From positions 129,366-193,365 of the forward strand of contig JABGXU010000007.1 of assembly GCA_018675635.1 (NCBI GenBank): a stretch of 64,000 nt of DNA, given 5' to 3'. A program made the position numbers and the translations under genes. The notes under the pieces are model-generated. The model saw only the letters and a program-made list of their open reading frames with translations, was not told the DNA's origin and made no database searches. Source of the stretch: Gammaproteobacteria bacterium. Its GTDB lineage: Bacteria; Pseudomonadota; Gammaproteobacteria; Poriferisulfidales; GCA-002705445. This document shows, piece by piece, positions 59,149 to 64,000 of this stretch (the stretch's first letter is position 1; each line of letters opens with the position of its first letter).

Positions 59149-60459
59149 ATGTCAGAAAAATATATTATACAGCCATCCTCAAATTTAAGCGGTAATATTG
59201 TCGTACCTGGAGATAAGTCAATTTCTCATAGATCTTTGATTCTATTATCTATCTCAGAGGGTATTGGCCATATAAATGGATTATTAGAATCTGAAGATTG
59301 TTTGGCAACTTTAGATATTTTTAAACTATTAGATATTAATATTGCCAAAAGTAGTAATTCTTCATATGTAGTAAATGGAAAAGGATTATATGGTTTATCA
59401 AAGCCAAATCAAGATTTAAATTGCGGTAATTCTGGGACTAGTATGAGACTGTTAACTGGCTTATTATCAGCGCAAAAGTTTTCATGTAATTTATTTGGAG
59501 ATAACTCTCTTAGTGAAAGACCAATGGAAAGAATATCTTTGCCTTTATCGTTGATGAGCGCTGATATAAGTTTGTCAGAAAATAACACAGCGCCAATAAA
59601 AATTTTACCAGTAAAAGAAATTACTCCAATTGAATATAAAATGCCTATAGATAGCGCTCAAATTAAATCATCTATAATTTTAGCAAGTTTATATGCTAAG
59701 AGTGAAACAAAAATTTTTGAAAATATTCCAACAAGAGATCATACAGAAAATATGATTAATTATTTAGGTGGTAATATAGATAAAAAATCTAACCAAATTA
59801 CAATTCACCCAAATAATAAATTAATAGCAAAAGATATCAATGTTCCTGGGGATATTTCATCAGCAATGTTTGTTATAGTTGGTTGTATAATTTCAAAAAA
59901 CTCACAAGTTATAATTAAAAATGTAGGATTAAATGATTTAAGAACTGGCGGTATAGAAATTTTAAAATTAATGGGAGCGAATATTGAGTTAAAAAATATT
60001 AAGTATTATGGCCTAGAAAAAGTAGGGGATATAATTGTCCATTCATCTAAATTAAAAGGTATAACAATTCCAGAGAAATATATAGCTAGTGCAATTGATG
60101 AGTTCCCAGCACTCTTTATAGCTTCAGCTAATGCTTTTGGAGAAACTATTTTAAATAATGCCTCAGAATTAAAATTCAAGGAAAGCAACAGGCTTTCAGT
60201 TATGTCTGAGGGATTAACATTGTGCGGTATAAATAACAATCTTAATGATGATGGAATAGTAATTCAAGGTGGAAAAATATCTGGATCTACAATAGATAGT
60301 AAGGGTGATCATAGAGTAGCAATGGCATTTTCTATCGCGGGATTAGTTTCCTCGGAAAACATAACTATTTTGAATACCAAAAACGTTTCTACATCTTTCC
60401 CAGATTTTCATAATTTAATGAAAGCCTTGGGATTAAATATACGGAGAGAAATTAGTTGA
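59149..60459 (+). CDS. aroA: 3-phosphoshikimate 1-carboxyvinyltransferase (EPSP synthase)
   Basis: GDKSISHR and LNCGNSGTSMRLL motifs. Confidence 0.9.
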   Translation: MSEKYIIQPSSNLSGNIVVPGDKSISHRSLILLSISEGIGHINGLLESEDCLATLDIFKLLDINIAKSSNSSYVVNGKGLYGLSKPNQDLNCGNSGTSMRLLTGLLSAQKFSCNLFGDNSLSERPMERISLPLSLMSADISLSENNTAPIKILPVKEITPIEYKMPIDSAQIKSSIILASLYAKSETKIFENIPTRDHTENMINYLGGNIDKKSNQITIHPNNKLIAKDINVPGDISSAMFVIVGCIISKNSQVIIKNVGLNDLRTGGIEILKLMGANIELKNIKYYGLEKVGDIIVHSSKLKGITIPEKYIASAIDEFPALFIASANAFGETILNNASELKFKESNRLSVMSEGLTLCGINNNLNDDGIVIQGGKISGSTIDSKGDHRVAMAFSIAGLVSSENITILNTKNVSTSFPDFHNLMKALGLNIRREIS

Positions 60460-61139
60460 ATTCAAAAATTATAACTGTAGACGGACCAAGTGGAGTTGGT
60501 AAAGGCACAATAGCAATGATGATCGCTGAGTCCTTAGGATTTAAGTATTTAGATAGCGGTTCATTGTATCGATCTTTAGCTTTAAAGTTATTTGAAAAAA
60601 ATCAAAATTTTGATGAAGTTTTAAGTAATCTAGATTATTGGATGTCTGATATTTTAATAGATTTTAAGTATGCGAAAGGACAAAAATCAAAAATATTTGT
60701 TAATGGTGAAGATTTTACAGATAAAATAAGGACTGAAAAAGTAGCAATGCTTGCTTCTAAAATAGCTATTAATAAAAGTGCAAGAGATATGTTAGAGAAG
60801 TACCAAAGAAGTTACATAAAGGATCCTGGCTTGGTAGCAGATGGAAGAGATATGGGGACAAAAGTCTTTTCGGAGGCTAAAATTAAGTTTTTTCTAACTG
60901 CTTCAGTTGAAAAAAGAGCAGAAAGGCGATTAAATCAGTTGAAAGATCAAGGAATTAGTGCTAACTTGCGAAACCTTATACAAAAACTTTTGTTAAGAGA
61001 TAAGGCTGATATGGAGAGAACTATTTCTCCTTTGATACCTGCAGAAGATGCAATAATAATAGATACAAGCGATATAACTGCTTCTGAAGTATTTAACACA
61101 GCAATTAAAATTATAAGAGAAAATTTAAAAATTATATGA
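60456..61139 (+). CDS. cmk: cytidylate kinase
   Basis: [15 protein letters not shown]-loop. Position upstream of rpsA. Confidence 0.9.
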   Translation: MNSKIITVDGPSGVGKGTIAMMIAESLGFKYLDSGSLYRSLALKLFEKNQNFDEVLSNLDYWMSDILIDFKYAKGQKSKIFVNGEDFTDKIRTEKVAMLASKIAINKSARDMLEKYQRSYIKDPGLVADGRDMGTKVFSEAKIKFFLTASVEKRAERRLNQLKDQGISANLRNLIQKLLLRDKADMERTISPLIPAEDAIIIDTSDITASEVFNTAIKIIRENLKII

Positions 61140-62794
61140 GTGAAGATTTTTCAGCATTAATAGAAGAAAGTATTTCTAAGTTACAAGTTAAACCAGGTGC
61201 CATAATCAATGGGACTGTTATAGATATAAAAAAAGATTTAGTCATTGTTAATGCGGGGCTTAAATCTGAAGGCATGATACCAATTGACCAGTTCATAGGG
61301 TTCGATGGAAAAGTTGAAGTTCAAGAAGGAGATACTGTAGAGGTATCTGTAGATGCTATAGAAGATGGATTTGGAGAAACTAAATTATCTAGAGAAAAAG
61401 CAAAAAAAGCTAGAGCATGGGTATCATTAACAGAAGCATTTGATCAAAAGAAAATCCTTGAGGGAAGAATTACTGGAAAAGTAAAAGGCGGTTTTACTGT
61501 TGATTTAGAAGATATTAAAGCATTTTTACCAGGATCATTAGTTGATGTTAGGCCTGTAAGAGAAACTACTTATTTAGAAGGCAAAGATTTAGAATTTATA
61601 GTTATTAAGATTGATAAAAAAAGAAATAATGTTGTAGTTTCTAGAAAAGCGGTATTGGAGTCAGAAAATAGTGAAGAGCGAGATGAGTTAATATCTAATT
61701 TAGAAGAAGGGTCTGTTGTAAAAGGAATTGTTAAGAATATTACTGATTATGGTGCATTTTTAGATTTAGGTGGGGTAGATGGATTATTGCATATTACAGA
61801 TATGGCTTGGAAAAGAGTTAGGCATCCTTCAGAACTTATAAATGTTGGTGACGAAATAGATGTTAAAGTGCTTAAATTTGATAAAGAAAAAACAAGAGTA
61901 TCGCTAGGACTAAAACAATTAAATGAAGATCCGTGGTTTGAAATTAGTAAAGCGCATCCTGAAGGATCTAAATTGCAAGGCAAGATAACTAATATTGCTG
62001 ATTATGGGTGCTTCGTAGAAATTCATAATGGTGTTGAAGGTTTAGTTCATGTTTCTGAAATGGATTGGACTAATAAAAATGCAAATCCTGAAAAATTAGT
62101 TTCTATAGGGCAAGAAATTGAAGTAATGATATTAGATATTGACCCTGAAAGAAGAAGAATATCTTTAGGAATAAAGCAATGCCAAGATAATCCATGGACA
62201 AAATTCACTGATACCCATGAGATTGGCGAAATTATTGTTGGTAAAATAAAATCTATAACAGATTTTGGTGTATTTATAGGACTTGAAGATTGTATTGATG
62301 GTCTAGTACATTTATCTGATCTTTCATGGACAGAAAGTGGTGATATCGCAGTAAGAGAATATAAAAAGGGCGATGAATTGGAGACAATATTATTATCAGC
62401 AGATACAGAAAGAGAAAGAATTTCTCTTGGGGTTAAACAGCTAACCGTAAATAAATTTCAAGAATACATTCAAATAAATCAAAAAGGATCTGTTGTTAAA
62501 GGTAGAATATTAGAAAAGTCAGTTAAAATTATCTCGATCGAATTGGATGAAGGGGTAAACGGAACATTGAAATTGTCTGAGTTGTCATCTGATATAAATA
62601 TCGATTCAATGCAATTAAATGATGAATTGGATTTAGTTATTACAAATATTGATAAAAAAAATCAGACAATAAGTTTGTCTATGAAAGTGCTTGAAAAGCA
62701 AAATGAAAATAAAGCATTAAATGATTATAATAAAAAAAATGAATCAGTTAGCACATCTTTAGGTGATATAATAAAAGAACATATTGATAAATAG
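61136..62794 (+). CDS. rpsA: 30S ribosomal protein S1
   Basis: Six S1 domains ([24 protein letters not shown] repeated pattern). Confidence 0.95.
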   Translation: MSEDFSALIEESISKLQVKPGAIINGTVIDIKKDLVIVNAGLKSEGMIPIDQFIGFDGKVEVQEGDTVEVSVDAIEDGFGETKLSREKAKKARAWVSLTEAFDQKKILEGRITGKVKGGFTVDLEDIKAFLPGSLVDVRPVRETTYLEGKDLEFIVIKIDKKRNNVVVSRKAVLESENSEERDELISNLEEGSVVKGIVKNITDYGAFLDLGGVDGLLHITDMAWKRVRHPSELINVGDEIDVKVLKFDKEKTRVSLGLKQLNEDPWFEISKAHPEGSKLQGKITNIADYGCFVEIHNGVEGLVHVSEMDWTNKNANPEKLVSIGQEIEVMILDIDPERRRISLGIKQCQDNPWTKFTDTHEIGEIIVGKIKSITDFGVFIGLEDCIDGLVHLSDLSWTESGDIAVREYKKGDELETILLSADTERERISLGVKQLTVNKFQEYIQINQKGSVVKGRILEKSVKIISIELDEGVNGTLKLSELSSDINIDSMQLNDELDLVITNIDKKNQTISLSMKVLEKQNENKALNDYNKKNESVSTSLGDIIKEHIDK

Positions 62795-62817
62795 TTTTTT
62801 TAGTTAAGGGTAGTATT

Positions 62818-63132
62818 ATGGATTTAAAAAGAGAAACAATTACTAAATCTCAATTAATAGAGAAAATTTCTTTAAAAATTCCGCAATTAGGAAATAAAGA
62901 TGTAGAACTATCAGTAAAAACCCTTATAGAAAAAATTATAGACTCTTTATCAAAGGGCGATAGAACCGAGGTAAGAGGATTTGGTAGTTTCTCAGTTCAC
63001 TACAGAAAGCCTAGAATAGGAAGAAATCCTAAAACAGGTGATTCAGTGTCACTTCCTGGTAAAAATGCAGCTCATTTCAAGCCTGGCAAGGTATTACGCA
63101 ATAAAATTAATAATTTACACGACATAGATTGA
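62818..63132 (+). CDS. ihfB: integration host factor subunit beta
   Basis: Typical IHF-beta sequence ([25 protein letters not shown]). Confidence 0.9.
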   Translation: MDLKRETITKSQLIEKISLKIPQLGNKDVELSVKTLIEKIIDSLSKGDRTEVRGFGSFSVHYRKPRIGRNPKTGDSVSLPGKNAAHFKPGKVLRNKINNLHDID

Positions 63133-63177
63133 TAAAAATAATATAATATAATTATATTTAACAAAATTTATAATTAT

Positions 63178-63468
63178 ATGTTTAGATTAATAGCTTTATT
63201 TTTAACAGTAATAATTTGTGTAATTAGCGTTGCAGCTGTGCATTACAATCAAATTCCTTACTTAGTAAATTTTTATATAATACAGTTTGCAGATATACCT
63301 TTAGGTATATTAATATTTATAGCCATGATCTTTGGTATCTTGGTGTCTGTTTTTTTCTTATTAGGCTTAGTATTAAACTCAAGAAAGAGATACAGGGTAT
63401 TAAAAAAAGAGCATGAATTGATTAATAAAGAAGTTCAGAACTTAAGAAGAATACCAATACAAGAGTAA
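63178..63468 (+). CDS. lapA: lipopolysaccharide assembly protein LapA (DUF1049)
   Basis: Small 2-TM protein directly upstream of the TPR lapB gene, after ihfB. Confidence 0.65.
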   Translation: MFRLIALFLTVIICVISVAAVHYNQIPYLVNFYIIQFADIPLGILIFIAMIFGILVSVFFLLGLVLNSRKRYRVLKKEHELINKEVQNLRRIPIQE

Positions 63469-63472
63469 AATA

Positions 63473-64000
63473 ATGTATATAGCAATATCAACCATAATCT
63501 TTTTTATAATTATAATTTCTGCGATATTATTTTACATCTCAATAAAATCATTTTATAAAAAAAATACCAATTCAATACCTGTTGAGTACCTACAGAGCAT
63601 GAATTATTTATTATCTGAACAGCACGATAAAGCTTTAGATACTTTTATGTCAATGGTAAGTGTGAATCAAGATACTGCAGAAACTCATATCATACTTGGC
63701 AATCTTTTTAGAAACAGAGGAGAAGTTGATAGAGCTATTAGGATTCATCAGAATTTAATTGCTAGACCAGAACTTAAGCCTGAAATAAGACAAGAGTGTA
63801 CTTTAGAATTAGCAAAAGACTATCTTAAAGCTGGTTTTTTAGACAGAGCAGAATTAATCTTTGTAAGATTAGCGAATGATATAAATTACCCTTTGCAAAT
63901 ATTACAATATTTAAAAGAAATATATGAGCAAGAAAAAGAATGGGAAAAGGCGATTGAAATATCAGTAAAAATTCAATCAATAGACGGCGAAGATATTTCT
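63473..64000 (+). CDS. lapB: lipopolysaccharide assembly protein LapB (YciM), TPR; 3'-truncated by window end
   Basis: N-terminal TM helix then TPR repeats (AETHIILGNLFRNRGEVDRAIRIHQNL...). Position after ihfB-lapA. Confidence 0.75.
   Translation, partial: MYIAISTIIFFIIIISAILFYISIKSFYKKNTNSIPVEYLQSMNYLLSEQHDKALDTFMSMVSVNQDTAETHIILGNLFRNRGEVDRAIRIHQNLIARPELKPEIRQECTLELAKDYLKAGFLDRAELIFVRLANDINYPLQILQYLKEIYEQEKEWEKAIEISVKIQSIDGEDIS

Noticed and set aside
1-64000. CRISPR arrays, insertion sequences, integrases, phage genes, toxin-antitoxin or restriction-modification systems
   Set aside because: No regularly spaced direct repeats. No transposase/integrase/recombinase-like ORFs. No small convergent or overlapping toxin-antitoxin pairs were recognisable. 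The only mobile-element-like trace is the degenerate tRNA-Leu copy reported above.

Overview
AT-rich (~30% GC by eye), densely coding chromosomal segment with gammaproteobacterial gene order. Most of it is housekeeping in long conserved runs: TPR-lolB-ispE-tRNA(Gln)-prs-rplY-pth-ychF-tRNA(Met); rpsP-rimM-trmD-rplS; pcnB-folK-[deoxynucleoside kinase]-panBCD; queG/asnB-grxD-argG-mlaA; yciB/scpAB; pntAA-pntAB-pntB; gph-ubiG divergent from gyrA-pheA-tyrA-aroA-cmk-rpsA-ihfB-lapAB. A complete urea-utilisation island lies at 8.1-18.9 kb (urtABCDE, a small membrane ORF, ureD, fused ureAB, ureC, ureE, ureF, ureG), with an ANTAR-type response regulator immediately downstream. An accessory-looking patch at 19.6-31.7 kb holds a DUF2182/DUF1326 divergent pair, msrA, pdxH, a secreted MORN-repeat/trypsin-like protease, cupins, a PQQ-type sugar dehydrogenase, a TonB-dependent receptor, tRNA-Arg, a degenerate tRNA-Leu-like relic, a membrane pyrophosphatase (hppA) and tRNA-Leu. 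Further along is an oxyR (single redox Cys) / rubrerythrin / HdrD-like Fe-S (CCG) / DUF3501-like cluster. The locus that stands out most is at 6.5-7.7 kb: a 2OG-Fe(II)-oxygenase-like protein with a tandemly repeated cationic-aromatic C-terminal tail (IGPIKKDT x2, KWF x3), preceded on the same strand by a 33-codon ORF with a GGAGG ribosome-binding site. No CRISPR array, transposase, integrase or phage gene was seen. All calls come from motif and synteny recognition by eye; no database search was run.
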